Source of the DNA: a virus
Taxonomy: Duplodnaviria > Caudoviricetes
Reading direction: 5' to 3' (one strand)
IMG/VR virus record: IMGVR_UViG_3300014773_000009
Span: 30,868 to 94,867 of that record
DNA: 64,000 nucleotides
Notes under the pieces: generated by a model
What the model was told of the DNA's origin: nothing
Database searches by the model: none
What the model saw: the letters and a program-made list of their open reading frames with translations, nothing else
In this document: piece by piece, positions 36,683-45,598 of the stretch
Position numbering within the stretch: the stretch's first letter is position 1
How the letters are laid out: each line of letters starts with the position of its first letter
Position numbers and translations under genes: made by a program

Positions 36683-37825
36683 ATGCAGCGATGGGTCGGG
36701 GCGTTGGTCTTGTTGATGGGGTGTGAGGCTGGGGGGCAGGGCGCGGCTGGCTCCGCGTCGGCAGGTGACCCGGCGGCGACATCAGACTCGGCTTTGGCGA
36801 GCAGCAGCGCACCGCCGCCAGCTCCGGCAAAGGTCCGGCGTTGGCCGACTCTGAAGCCGGACACATCGGCGGCGCTCCCTGAGTTGAGCGGCGAAATCCC
36901 CGGCATCGAGGCAGACCTGGCGCGCGAACTAGACATGCGGGCCATCTGGTTGCCCGAGAACGAGGCCAACTTACGGCTGCTGCTCACGGCGCTGTCCTCG
37001 GCGATGCGGACCGGCTCGTTCTACGGGCCGTTGATGACCACGCTCGGTGAGGAGAAGAACAGGTCGGTCAAGCAAGCAGCCATCAAGCTTTGGACCATCC
37101 TGGCGCGGCAGCCGACCTTGCCCTCCAACTTCTCAGACCAGTTGGAGGACTTCCTCGCCCGCATCGCGACTCAGCCAAACCACGGCGTGTGGAAAGAGGG
37201 TGACCCGTTGCACGACTTCGCGGCGCTTGCGGCGTGGTTTCGGCGTGACGATCCGGAATACGTCCGCGAGTTCATCCGCGCCGCGGACAAGAACGATCAG
37301 TGGCCCCACGCGAAGAGCAGGCACCCGATGTTGCGCAGCAAGTTCGGCGCGATCTCGTGGCTCGCGGACATGAAGGCGGCCACAAAGGAGGAGATCGCCA
37401 CCGGGCTTGCGTCGGTCACGCACAAGCTCAAGGAGCCGTTCACGGTCTCGTCGTTCAAGGTCGCGTTGGTCGAGGTCAGCAGAACGCAGCAGATTGGAAC
37501 GGAGGTTCCTGCGTCAGGCGCCAGCTTTGTTGTGGTGCGGTACACGGTCGAGAATCTCGGTCAGCAGCCAACGAGTGACCCAAAGGTCGAGGTCGCCATC
37601 ACCGATGCCAAGGGACGAACGTTCACGCCATCCTTCCAACTGCGCGTGGCGATGCAGATGGAGGACCTGATGCGCGGACAGCGCTCGACGGTGGACTACC
37701 AACCGGGTGTCGCAGCTCCCGCTTTGCAGGTGTTCGAGTTGCCAACCGATGCTGCCAAGGGCGCGCTGAACGTGACCGCTGGCGTCGACAATGAGTTCGG
37801 CGTCGTGGTGGTGGAGGGAAGGTAG
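36683..37825 (+). CDS. Lipoprotein with C-terminal DUF4352-like domain (moron)
   Basis: Lipobox LMGC; FVVVRYTVENLG...ITDAKGRTF...QPG...VFELP. Confidence 0.7.
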   Translation: MQRWVGALVLLMGCEAGGQGAAGSASAGDPAATSDSALASSSAPPPAPAKVRRWPTLKPDTSAALPELSGEIPGIEADLARELDMRAIWLPENEANLRLLLTALSSAMRTGSFYGPLMTTLGEEKNRSVKQAAIKLWTILARQPTLPSNFSDQLEDFLARIATQPNHGVWKEGDPLHDFAALAAWFRRDDPEYVREFIRAADKNDQWPHAKSRHPMLRSKFGAISWLADMKAATKEEIATGLASVTHKLKEPFTVSSFKVALVEVSRTQQIGTEVPASGASFVVVRYTVENLGQQPTSDPKVEVAITDAKGRTFTPSFQLRVAMQMEDLMRGQRSTVDYQPGVAAPALQVFELPTDAAKGALNVTAGVDNEFGVVVVEGR

Positions 37826-37827
37826 AG

Positions 37828-38004
37828 ATGCCCACCTACTGCTGCGTCGGAAAGACCGACGGCTCGTGCGGCGATCAGGTCGTCGTGGACGTCGAGTCGA
37901 TCTGGCTCCCCCACCCATCGCCGCCGAAGCCGTTCAAGAAAGGTGAGATGAAGATCGACCTCGCGGACTTCATCAAGGCCGCGCTGAAGCAGTGCTCGAG
38001 CTGA
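37828..38004 (+). CDS. 58-aa hypothetical protein (below the ORF-track cutoff)
   Basis: MPTYCCVGKTDGSCGDQ...KQCSS*; GC-rich third codon positions; RBS upstream. Confidence 0.5.
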   Translation: MPTYCCVGKTDGSCGDQVVVDVESIWLPHPSPPKPFKKGEMKIDLADFIKAALKQCSS

Positions 38005-38046
38005 CCGCCTTGGTGGAGCGTTCAGCGGGGTCGTCAGCGCACCCGG

Positions 38047-38850
38047 CTACGCCGCGATCGGCTGGGCCAACGCCTCTGCCGATTCGAGCACCTCGCGCGC
38101 AGCGATATCGGCGTCGCGGCTGCGCTTCACGACGCGGGCCTTGTCGGATGCGATCTCCTGCCTGGCAGCCTCGAAGTTCTTGTCGAGCGCAAGGAACACG
38201 AGAGGTACCGTTGCGTTGTCGACCCACGCGGCGACGCGTGGCGCGACATCGGCGGCGTCATCTGAGAGCGGGATGATGGCGACACGGGAGCGATCTCGAG
38301 CGAGCGCGGCGCGCGCCGTCCAGGTGCGATCGTGGCGCGCCAGATCGATCTCGACGCGCTCGTCGACTCTCCACTCCTTCTCCTTCCCGAACTTGGTCAC
38401 CTGCTCGATAACTCGTCGCGTCTGGACCGCTTCCTCCACCCGCCTGTGTGGCTCGAGAACGAAACGCCACCCATCGACCACGAGTGATGCTGCTGCGACG
38501 CGCAGGGCAACCTCGGCAAAATCTTGAGCGGGGACGAGCAGCTGCTCTAGCGCCTTGGATTGCTGGTTGAACTTGAGACCAAAGCCCTTGGCCACGCGGT
38601 CAAACCTGTCGACTTCGTACGTGCGCAGCGGCTTGCGCACCAAGTTACTCATCCACAAGCCGCTCCAGGCATCACCACCGTCGGAGACGTTCACGCGCTC
38701 GGTGTCCACCCAGTCCACGGACACGCCGACTTCAACGCCGTTGGCGTTGAACAGACCAGAGCCGACCACCGAGTTCTTCACCCAGCCGCGCGACAGCACC
38801 TCGCGGCGTAGCGCGCGGAGCAGCTTGGGGTCGTCGTTCCAGGAGTTCAT
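38047..38850 (-). CDS. DUF1828-like protein
   Basis: LFNANGVEVGVSV...VNVSDGGDAWSGL resembles the DUF1828 N-terminus; possible degenerate restriction-fold C-terminus. Confidence 0.5.
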   Translation of the reverse strand: MNSWNDDPKLLRALRREVLSRGWVKNSVVGSGLFNANGVEVGVSVDWVDTERVNVSDGGDAWSGLWMSNLVRKPLRTYEVDRFDRVAKGFGLKFNQQSKALEQLLVPAQDFAEVALRVAAASLVVDGWRFVLEPHRRVEEAVQTRRVIEQVTKFGKEKEWRVDERVEIDLARHDRTWTARAALARDRSRVAIIPLSDDAADVAPRVAAWVDNATVPLVFLALDKNFEAARQEIASDKARVVKRSRDADIAAREVLESAEALAQPIAA

Positions 38851-39269
38851 ACGAGGCGATCGCCCGTTGGATCGGTGTCGAACGAAATGTGCCAGCAAGA
38901 GACCAGCAGGTCCAGAGCCAGCCTGTCCGCGTCGTGCCCAGGTTTGGCGCACGCGATCCAAATCCGGCACGCTGGGAACGGGTAGGCGACGTCCCAGTGG
39001 TACGAATTGGGCGGGAAGATGCCCTCCGCGCCACGGACGGAGGTCTGGTGCCAGTCGAGACCAAGCACCGGTTGATCGCCCACCACAAGCCTGGCCATGA
39101 TCATCCCCTTCTTGCGCTCGCCCTCGACCGTCCATCGCTCGGCGCGCTGACCGAATTCGATGGGACGTCGCAGCCACGCCTCCTCGGTGCAACCCGGGCG
39201 CTTGGGCATGCGAAGGATCCCCTCCACCTCCGCCAGCTTGGGCGGATCGTGCGCACGGCGACCACCCAC
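38847..39269 (-). CDS. Hypothetical protein (DUF6978-like partner)
   Basis: ILRMPKR...LGLDWH...HW...WHI pattern; coupled to the DUF1828-like gene. Confidence 0.45.
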   Translation of the reverse strand: MGGRRAHDPPKLAEVEGILRMPKRPGCTEEAWLRRPIEFGQRAERWTVEGERKKGMIMARLVVGDQPVLGLDWHQTSVRGAEGIFPPNSYHWDVAYPFPACRIWIACAKPGHDADRLALDLLVSCWHISFDTDPTGDRLV

Positions 39270-39311
39270 CGCGCCAGCCTACGAACCGGTCGGCCGGCTG
39301 GCCAAGAAAGC

Positions 39312-39926
39312 TCAGGCGATCAGCGCCACCCGCCGCCGGTCGTCGGTGACCGCGATCTTCCGCAGCCCTGGGTGGCCGGTGCGCGCGAGGCGCCGGAGCT
39401 CAGCGGGCGCTGGCAGCACGAACTCCTCGGGCGCGCGCACGTAGACCGTCGCCGGCGTCACCACCGCGCAGACGTCGACCGCACGCACCTCGGCCAGGCG
39501 AAGCGCGACCGCCGTCTCGGTCGTCGCGAACTGGTCGGCGAGCTCGGGCAGGTTCTGACCCCAGTCGCGCACCTGCTCTCGAAAGCAGAGGCGAGGCATC
39601 AGCAGCGCCGCCGCGATCGCGTTCGCCTGCTGCTCGACGTCGGGCGCGCGGTAGTCGAGCACCCCCAGGTGGTCTTCGGCGATCTCGTGCGCGATGCACC
39701 ACGTGCGCGTCTTGGGCGTGAGCCCGCGGCGCAGGGCGATCTCCGGCCGAGCAGAACGGCCGCGCGGCCAGAAGAGAAGCGAGTTCAGCCCGCGCAGAAC
39801 CGTGTGCGGGTAGTAGGCGACGCCGAGCTCAAGCCCGAGCGCGAGCGCGATCACGCTGTGCGGTTCGTTGGGCTCGAGCTTGGCGCGCTGCGCGATCGCG
39901 GTGGCCTCAGCATCAGGGTCGAGCAT
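39312..39926 (-). CDS. ImmA/IrrE-family metallopeptidase, variant HEXXE motif
   Basis: RTWCIAHEIAE...EQQANAIAAALLMP...LADQF...VALRL. Confidence 0.8.
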   Translation of the reverse strand: MLDPDAEATAIAQRAKLEPNEPHSVIALALGLELGVAYYPHTVLRGLNSLLFWPRGRSARPEIALRRGLTPKTRTWCIAHEIAEDHLGVLDYRAPDVEQQANAIAAALLMPRLCFREQVRDWGQNLPELADQFATTETAVALRLAEVRAVDVCAVVTPATVYVRAPEEFVLPAPAELRRLARTGHPGLRKIAVTDDRRRVALIA

Positions 39927-40010
39927 TCGACCGATGATGCGTGCGCGAGCTGGCTGCGGAAAGTGGACGGCGCGCGATCCTCGGACACGGATTGTCCGAG
40001 CTTGAGTCCG

Positions 40011-40235
40011 CTACAATTGCGCCCAGAATTTCTCGAAGTCGAGGTCGAAGAAGCGACAGAAGCCCTTGATGTACACGTTCGAGATCTCGGTCTTGTCGCC
40101 GTTGTTGGCCGGGATTGGATAGCAGCCCCCAGTCCCTTCTCTTCGAGCCTTCCAATGCGACCCGCTTGAGGGCTCTTCGATCGTGATCTGGTACGATCGT
40201 GCTGCCCGTCGGATGTCCGAAAGACGGGCGCCCAT
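40011..40235 (-). CDS. hicA: HicA-like toxin
   Basis: GSHWK motif, 74 aa, dsRBD-like pattern. Confidence 0.7.
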   Translation of the reverse strand: MGARLSDIRRAARSYQITIEEPSSGSHWKARREGTGGCYPIPANNGDKTEISNVYIKGFCRFFDLDFEKFWAQL

Positions 40236-40238
40236 CGA

Positions 40239-40688
40239 TCAGCAGGGCTTGGACGATGTCGGTGGCCTCGAGTTGGGCCCGATGCCGAACTGATCGTAGG
40301 CCGCGATCTGCCAAGCCTCCGGGAGGAGCTCCTGGTCACGACCGAAATGTTGAAGCACGTTGTCGTTCAAAACGTGCCGCATCTGGGTGACGACAAGTGC
40401 GACGCGAGCTCGCTCCTCCGCCGTCAGGCTCTTGAGTGACCGACCGCGACGCCGAACGAGGTTCAACCTCTCCCAGCACTCCGGCGGTGCCGCTTCGCGT
40501 TGTGTAGGGTCGAGGCCTCGTTGGAAGTCGTCCTCCAGCATCACCGACACCGCCTCGTGCACAGCCTGTGCAGCTTCAGCGATCGATGTCCCTTGGCTAA
40601 GGATGTCGAAGTCGAGACAATGCGCCACCCACACGCCCTCCATGTCGGGAGCGCGCTCGATGACGACGGACGTCAGGAGCTCCACCAT
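40239..40688 (-). CDS. hicB: HicB-like antitoxin
   Basis: WVAHCLDFDILSQGTSIAEA...EAV. Confidence 0.75.
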   Translation of the reverse strand: MVELLTSVVIERAPDMEGVWVAHCLDFDILSQGTSIAEAAQAVHEAVSVMLEDDFQRGLDPTQREAAPPECWERLNLVRRRGRSLKSLTAEERARVALVVTQMRHVLNDNVLQHFGRDQELLPEAWQIAAYDQFGIGPNSRPPTSSKPC

Positions 40689-40772
40689 GAAGGGATAATA
40701 ATCCCGACTAATCGCGCGGCACTAACAATCGTGCGTCTTGGAAGGGCTTGGCCGCTGAGCGCGCGTGCAATG

Positions 40773-41390
40773 TCAGCGCCTTGGCGCCTTCACCCTCGGC
40801 TTGGCGACGTCGCTGTCCTGAACCGCAACACCGCCCAGCGCCTTGCGGATCTGCGCCTCGGTGGCGTCGGCCGCCTCCTTCCGCCGACGGACGTGGCCCT
40901 TCACCAGCTCCATCCACATGGCGACCGGCGGGTCCTCCTCTGACAGCGCGCTGAACGAGTTCTCGAGCTCGGTGATCATGTCGGGCGCCACCCCCTCCCC
41001 CGCTTCGGCCAGGCGCTTGATGGCGATGCCCAGGTTCCGGTAGCGCGGCTCGTAGACCACGGTGCGCTCGCGGACCTGCGGGGGCGCTGGGTCGGTCTTG
41101 GGTAGGGTGGCAAAGGGGGCCTGGCCGGCCATGAGCGCTTCAAGAGGCATGCGCCCGTGCGCGTACTCGACCAGCGAGCCCATCGCGACACCGTAGACGG
41201 TGGCCAGCTTCTGCTGGATGTCGGACGACTGAAACTTCAGCCGACCTGTCTCGATGTTGGACAGATACGTGCGCTCCACGCCAGCGGCATCCGCGGCTTT
41301 TTGTTGGGACAGTTTCAGCGCTTCCCGCAGCGTCTTGAGTCGCTGACCGCGCTCCACATCATCCTCTGATGGCTTCGTGAATCCGCTCAC
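40773..41390 (-). CDS. XRE-family prophage repressor without S24 domain
   Basis: LKTLREALKLSQQKAADAAGVERTYLSNIETG; divergent from cro; start uncertain (41390 or 41357). Confidence 0.8.
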   Translation of the reverse strand: MSGFTKPSEDDVERGQRLKTLREALKLSQQKAADAAGVERTYLSNIETGRLKFQSSDIQQKLATVYGVAMGSLVEYAHGRMPLEALMAGQAPFATLPKTDPAPPQVRERTVVYEPRYRNLGIAIKRLAEAGEGVAPDMITELENSFSALSEEDPPVAMWMELVKGHVRRRKEAADATEAQIRKALGGVAVQDSDVAKPRVKAPRR

Positions 41391-41450
41391 GACTTCGCTT
41401 GTCGCGCAGATCGAACTGCACCGGAACGCTCTGCATCCGCACGCTTTGAC

Positions 41451-41479
41451 TTGACAACGTTTTGATCTGGCCACATCCT
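41451..41479 (+). promoter_or_regulatory. Rightward promoter (PR-like)
   Basis: TTGACA-N17-CATCCT. Confidence 0.6.
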
Positions 41480-41488
41480 CCGCCGGAG

Positions 41489-41770
41489 ATGGACGTCGCA
41501 TCGCTGGTTCGTGATCTCAGGAAGGAGCTGGGCCTCACCCAAGATGTTCTGGCTCAGCGATGCGGCTTCGCTGACCGCACCCGCGTGGCGCTGATCGAGT
41601 GCGGTCGCTGCAAAGCGACATCGTTGGCGAAGAGGACCGCGCTCGCTCGCGGTCTCGGTCTGAGCGAGATGGAGTTCCAAGGTCTTCTTGCTGGCGAACT
41701 CGACATGGCGACCGTGGCGCGCCGCATCCGCGCGCGTGCGAAGACCAAGACCGCCACGAGGGCCGCCTGA
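41489..41770 (+). CDS. Cro-like XRE protein
   Basis: LRKELGLTQDVLAQRCG...VALIECG. Confidence 0.8.
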   Translation: MDVASLVRDLRKELGLTQDVLAQRCGFADRTRVALIECGRCKATSLAKRTALARGLGLSEMEFQGLLAGELDMATVARRIRARAKTKTATRAA

Positions 41771-41773
41771 CCC

Positions 41774-42496
41774 ATGGCCGACGTCCTTCTCTCCGTCGCG
41801 GCCGCGATCAGCATGGGCGCGGTCCTCATCGCCCCAACTCACTCGGTCGGCCCCTGCCGCGTCGCGGTGGGCGACGAGGCGCTCTGGGCGTGCTTCGACA
41901 GGCATGGCGCGCCGGTCGTCGCGGTCGAGGAGTGGACGGAAATGGATCCGTACTTCACCCTGGCGGGGAAGCCGTTTCCGCTGCTCTCTGGGAAGCGCAC
42001 CGAGTCGCGCCAGGACTGGTCGGCGTTCGCTGCTGCGCGGTGCTTCATCGCTGCGGTCGGTGAGGACGCGGCACAGGCCGCTCTCGCTCGCGCCAAATGT
42101 TCTCCCACAGAGGAAGAAGCTCCCGAGCCGTCGGCGGGGTCGGGCCTGATCAGCCCGAGCGATCTGGGCGACGCGCACGTCACCCAGCGAGCGGGCGTCG
42201 CAGAGCCCGACGGGGCTGGTCAGCCGAATCTGGCCAGCGTGAGCGGCGGCGCGAAGACCGTCGCGACCCCGGGCCGGCCAGCGGGGGATCGCACTGGCCG
42301 GGCTTCTTCTGTGCCTGTGGTGAAGCAGTGGGCGGCTCGCGAAAGCGGTGAGCGCACGGCGTTCTTCCAGGTCCCCGGCGCGCGGCACGTCACGGTCAAG
42401 GTCGAGCCGCTGTTCGAAGAGCAGAACGCCGAGGCGCTGGCGCTGGCGCACGACATCGCCGCGTTCGTGGCTCGTCGCCAAGGGGAGGGCAAGTAG
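41774..42496 (+). CDS. Hypothetical protein with hydrophobic N-terminus
   Basis: Follows cro. Confidence 0.5.
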   Translation: MADVLLSVAAAISMGAVLIAPTHSVGPCRVAVGDEALWACFDRHGAPVVAVEEWTEMDPYFTLAGKPFPLLSGKRTESRQDWSAFAAARCFIAAVGEDAAQAALARAKCSPTEEEAPEPSAGSGLISPSDLGDAHVTQRAGVAEPDGAGQPNLASVSGGAKTVATPGRPAGDRTGRASSVPVVKQWAARESGERTAFFQVPGARHVTVKVEPLFEEQNAEALALAHDIAAFVARRQGEGK

Positions 42497-42655
42497 ATGG
42501 CCCCGCTCTTCGTCTGCCGCGTCTGCGGCGAGTGGTGGCGGACGTGCGTGGACTTCGTCTGCGCGGTCTGCCGCGAGAAGACTTCGGAGAACGGCGCTCC
42601 CCCCCCGCCGTCGATTCCCTCTCGCCCGGCGGAGGCTCCGAGGAGCCGGGCATCT

Positions 42656-42727
42656 AGCGGGGAGATCGAGCGATCGGACTGGGCTCATAACCCACGTCAG
42701 CCAGGCGCGACTCCTGGCCCCGCTTCC
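42656..42727 (+). tRNA. tRNA-Met(CAT)-like element, initiator-type anticodon arm, non-canonical D and T loops
   Basis: AGCGGGG/CCCCGCT acceptor stem; TGGG-CTCATAA-CCCA anticodon arm; CCAGG-CGCGACT-CCTGG T-arm; ends TCC(G). Confidence 0.65.
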
Positions 42728-42895
42728 GCTCACTCGCTGAGCGAAGCCGACCTCGAGTCGGCCGCTGGCGCTGGCCCCGGCGAGATCCGTACAGCCGGTT
42801 CTGCGGGCCGCTCCGCAGCGTCGCCGACCAACGAGACGGGCCGAGTGCCCACGGGCGTCACAGTGGGCGTCTCTCCGCAATGGGAGGGCGCGTAG

Positions 42896-43015
42896 ATGCT
42901 GCGCGCCCTCGCTATCCGCATCCTCTGGGGTTTTCTGCTCCAACTCGCCCGCTACCTCGGCGCGGCGTTCCTGCTCGGTCTGTCGGCTGCGCTCGGTCTG
43001 CTGGAGGGCTGCTGA
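42896..43015 (+). CDS. 39-aa membrane peptide
   Basis: GGAGG RBS; MLRALAIRILWGFLLQLARYLGAAFLLGL... Confidence 0.45.
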   Translation: MLRALAIRILWGFLLQLARYLGAAFLLGLSAALGLLEGC

Positions 43016-43018
43016 GCC

Positions 43019-43219
43019 ATGACCGACGCCATCGCCTGGCTCTGCCTCTACCTGCTCGTCTCGGTCGTCGCCTTCGACGCCATCCTGGCAGACGCCGGTG
43101 AGGTGACGAGCGGACGCCAGTACGCCGTCATCGTGGTGTGCGCGCTCCTGTGGCCGCTGTCCGGGCTGCTGGTGCTGCTCGACCTGGCGGCGCGCTGGCG
43201 TAGCCGGAGGGCCAGGTAG
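43019..43219 (+). CDS. Small 2-TM membrane protein
   Basis: Two hydrophobic helices, LLWP motif. Confidence 0.55.
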   Translation: MTDAIAWLCLYLLVSVVAFDAILADAGEVTSGRQYAVIVVCALLWPLSGLLVLLDLAARWRSRRAR

Positions 43220-43450
43220 ATGGGCTGCGAGCACGAGCGCTTCGGCGATGTGCAGGTGTGGACCTGCGGCAACAGCGTGGCTCCACCATGCGCAAGCTGC
43301 GGCGCCACGTCCGTAGGCAGCTGCCAGGCTGAGCTCCGCGGCTCGAAGGCCGGAACGAATTGCGGGCGTCACGTGTGCGCCCGCTGCAACGACGGGACGC
43401 GGCAGGCGCCGCTCTGCGGGCCGCATGCGCGCATTGCGAGGGGGCGGTGA
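43220..43450 (+). CDS. Cys-rich zinc-finger protein
   Basis: Nine Cys; GGAGG RBS. Confidence 0.6.
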   Translation: MGCEHERFGDVQVWTCGNSVAPPCASCGATSVGSCQAELRGSKAGTNCGRHVCARCNDGTRQAPLCGPHARIARGR

Positions 43451-43827
43451 TGGCCGCAGCTGCAGCACCCTCATGGCCGCCGCCCCGCCCTGCCGACCCC
43501 ACGAGGCGCGCGAAGACGTTGCGCCACGAGGACTTCGACGTCGCGCACATCCGTTCGGCTTCCCGCCGTGGTGGACGCCGCGAGTCGAGGCGCCTGCTCC
43601 GCCAGGCGATGACCGAGACGCGGGCGTTGGTGCTCGACCTGGCCGATGGTCTCGATGTCGACGAGCGCGGGGCCCGCGCTGCGCTTCAGGGCCGCCGTCC
43701 GATCGACATGGGTGACGTGCTGGCGGTGGGCGCGACGGGCCCTGGTGGGCTGCGCTTGGCGCGCCGGTGGCTCGCACTCGTGCGTGACGAGCTCGACCGT
43801 CTCGAGCAGTTGACCTCTCACGAGTGA
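43450..43827 (+). CDS. Hypothetical protein (CII-like position)
   Basis: Coupled ORF, helical. Confidence 0.45.
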   Translation: MAAAAAPSWPPPRPADPTRRAKTLRHEDFDVAHIRSASRRGGRRESRRLLRQAMTETRALVLDLADGLDVDERGARAALQGRRPIDMGDVLAVGATGPGGLRLARRWLALVRDELDRLEQLTSHE

Positions 43828-44115
43828 GGAGTTTGACGATGGGAGTCGACCATTGCGATGGGCGTTCGTTTGCGCAGGCCACAGTTCAGGCCGATGCGCA
43901 GCACCGTGTTCAGGCCGGCCGACTCGAGCCGGAGGCGTGGGACGACGTCACCGAGCCGCGGATCGACATGGCGCGGTTCGGCCGCAAGCTCGACCGGGCC
44001 CAGTTCGATCACGAGTTTGGCGCGGCATCTGCGCTGGTTCCTGCGATCGGGATGGTGCCGTGATGGGCTGGTTTCAACGCGCGCAGCAGGCGCAGAAGCC
44101 TGGGGGGCCGGTGTC

Positions 44116-44760
44116 GTGAAGTGGACGAAGAACACGGTCACCGTGCACGCGCGCGAGCTGCGTGCGCTGGCGGCGGTCGCATTCAGGAGTTGCAACCGCC
44201 GAGAGTACGCCGCGATCTGGTTTGACCTGTGCGAGCGAAGCGCTTGGGCGACCGATGGGCACGTGCTTGTGGTCTGCGGCCGGTACGCGCGCACGAGCAG
44301 GCATGTGTTCGCGGTGCCCATGGCTCAGGTCCCGCAGCTCTTGCGCGTCGCCAAGGCCTCGCCCTCCAAGTCTGTCCTACTCGGACCAGGCGTGCGGAGC
44401 GGGCTCAGCCTGGATCCGATGGGGTCCAATGTGCTGCCGTTGTGGCGCAGAACAGCAGCGCTCTGTCGAGATCGCGCTGGCTCAGCGTCGAGCGAGACTC
44501 GTTGGTGGATGGGCGGGAACCCACTGCGCCAGATTGGACAGGTCGAGCGTGGGCTGCCTGGCAATCGTCTGTGGCCGCGAGGGATGGTGCTCGCTCCTTC
44601 ATCGCCGCTCGACGCCATGGTGGTGGTCTACCCGACCTCCGAGAACGACAACGACGCCGCGCGAGAGGCCAACGCCAAGCTTGGGTCGGCGGGGATGTGG
44701 ACCGTGATCGCGATGCCGATGCGGCACGCGACTCATCCCTACGATGGAGGGAAGTCGTGA
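44116..44760 (+). CDS. Truncated beta-sliding-clamp-like protein
   Basis: WATDGHVL and C-terminal VIAMPMR resemble DnaN ATDGHRL and VVMPMR. Confidence 0.5.
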   Translation: MKWTKNTVTVHARELRALAAVAFRSCNRREYAAIWFDLCERSAWATDGHVLVVCGRYARTSRHVFAVPMAQVPQLLRVAKASPSKSVLLGPGVRSGLSLDPMGSNVLPLWRRTAALCRDRAGSASSETRWWMGGNPLRQIGQVERGLPGNRLWPRGMVLAPSSPLDAMVVVYPTSENDNDAAREANAKLGSAGMWTVIAMPMRHATHPYDGGKS

Positions 44761-45305
44761 CCCTCTTCGGCTGGGCACTACTTGCCCTTCTAGCGCACGA
44801 CCCAAAGCAACCAGCGCTCCCTGGACACGAAGAGACGCCAGCGGAGGCCTTCGCTCGCCGGGTTGGGATCGCACACGCGATCGTGGTCGCCGCCGAAGAA
44901 GACCAGGGCTGGATGTCCGATCGCGCGGAGGCTGCGCTCCTGGTGAGCATCGCGCTGGGGGAGGGAGGCCTGGCACGTGATGTTGACGTCGGCCCTTGCT
45001 ACCGGGGGCCTGGTCACCGCACGCGCTGCGACAGCGGTGCGTCGGCATCCACGTTCCAGGTGTGGGCCTCTGCGTGGGGGCACACCCCCGAGCAGATCTT
45101 CGCTGACCGCGTGCTTGCCGCCCGTCTCGCGCTGCGTGCCGCGCGTGGGTCCCTCGGGATGTGCAGGTCGCTTCCAGCCGAGGACCGCCTGAGCGGACTC
45201 GCCGGAAGGTGCATCCTCGGGCTCGAAGCCGCCCGCGGGCACTACCGGCGCTGGATGTGGCTGATGGCGTGGGAGCCAAGCACGGCGAAGGGAGCCTGGA
45301 GATGA
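44757..45305 (+). CDS. Secreted lysozyme/transglycosylase-like protein
   Basis: Hydrophobic N-terminus; LLVSIALGEGG...DSGASASTFQV. Confidence 0.4.
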   Translation: MTLFGWALLALLAHDPKQPALPGHEETPAEAFARRVGIAHAIVVAAEEDQGWMSDRAEAALLVSIALGEGGLARDVDVGPCYRGPGHRTRCDSGASASTFQVWASAWGHTPEQIFADRVLAARLALRAARGSLGMCRSLPAEDRLSGLAGRCILGLEAARGHYRRWMWLMAWEPSTAKGAWR

Positions 45306-45598
45306 GCGGCGAGCATTGGTGGCTGGTGGCCTACGGAATGCTGGGAGGGATGGCGGCCATGGTGGTGGCGCTCGCGCTTGTTGGACGGACGCAGGTGCCG
45401 CCGATCACCCCAGAGCCGCCGCGCGTGCTCGAGCTCCCGTGCGGCGACGCCGACCGCCTCGTCGAGCTCGCCCGCGCGGCCGAGCGCTGGCGGTGTGCGG
45501 AGTCGATTCACGCGGCAACCGCCTCCGCGTTCGATGCCGGCTTCCTCGCGGGGGCATCGGGCTGCGAGGAGTACGAGAATGAGGAGCCCTTCCGGTGA
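45302..45598 (+). CDS. Single-TM hypothetical protein
   Basis: N-terminal TM. Confidence 0.5.
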   Translation: MSGEHWWLVAYGMLGGMAAMVVALALVGRTQVPPITPEPPRVLELPCGDADRLVELARAAERWRCAESIHAATASAFDAGFLAGASGCEEYENEEPFR

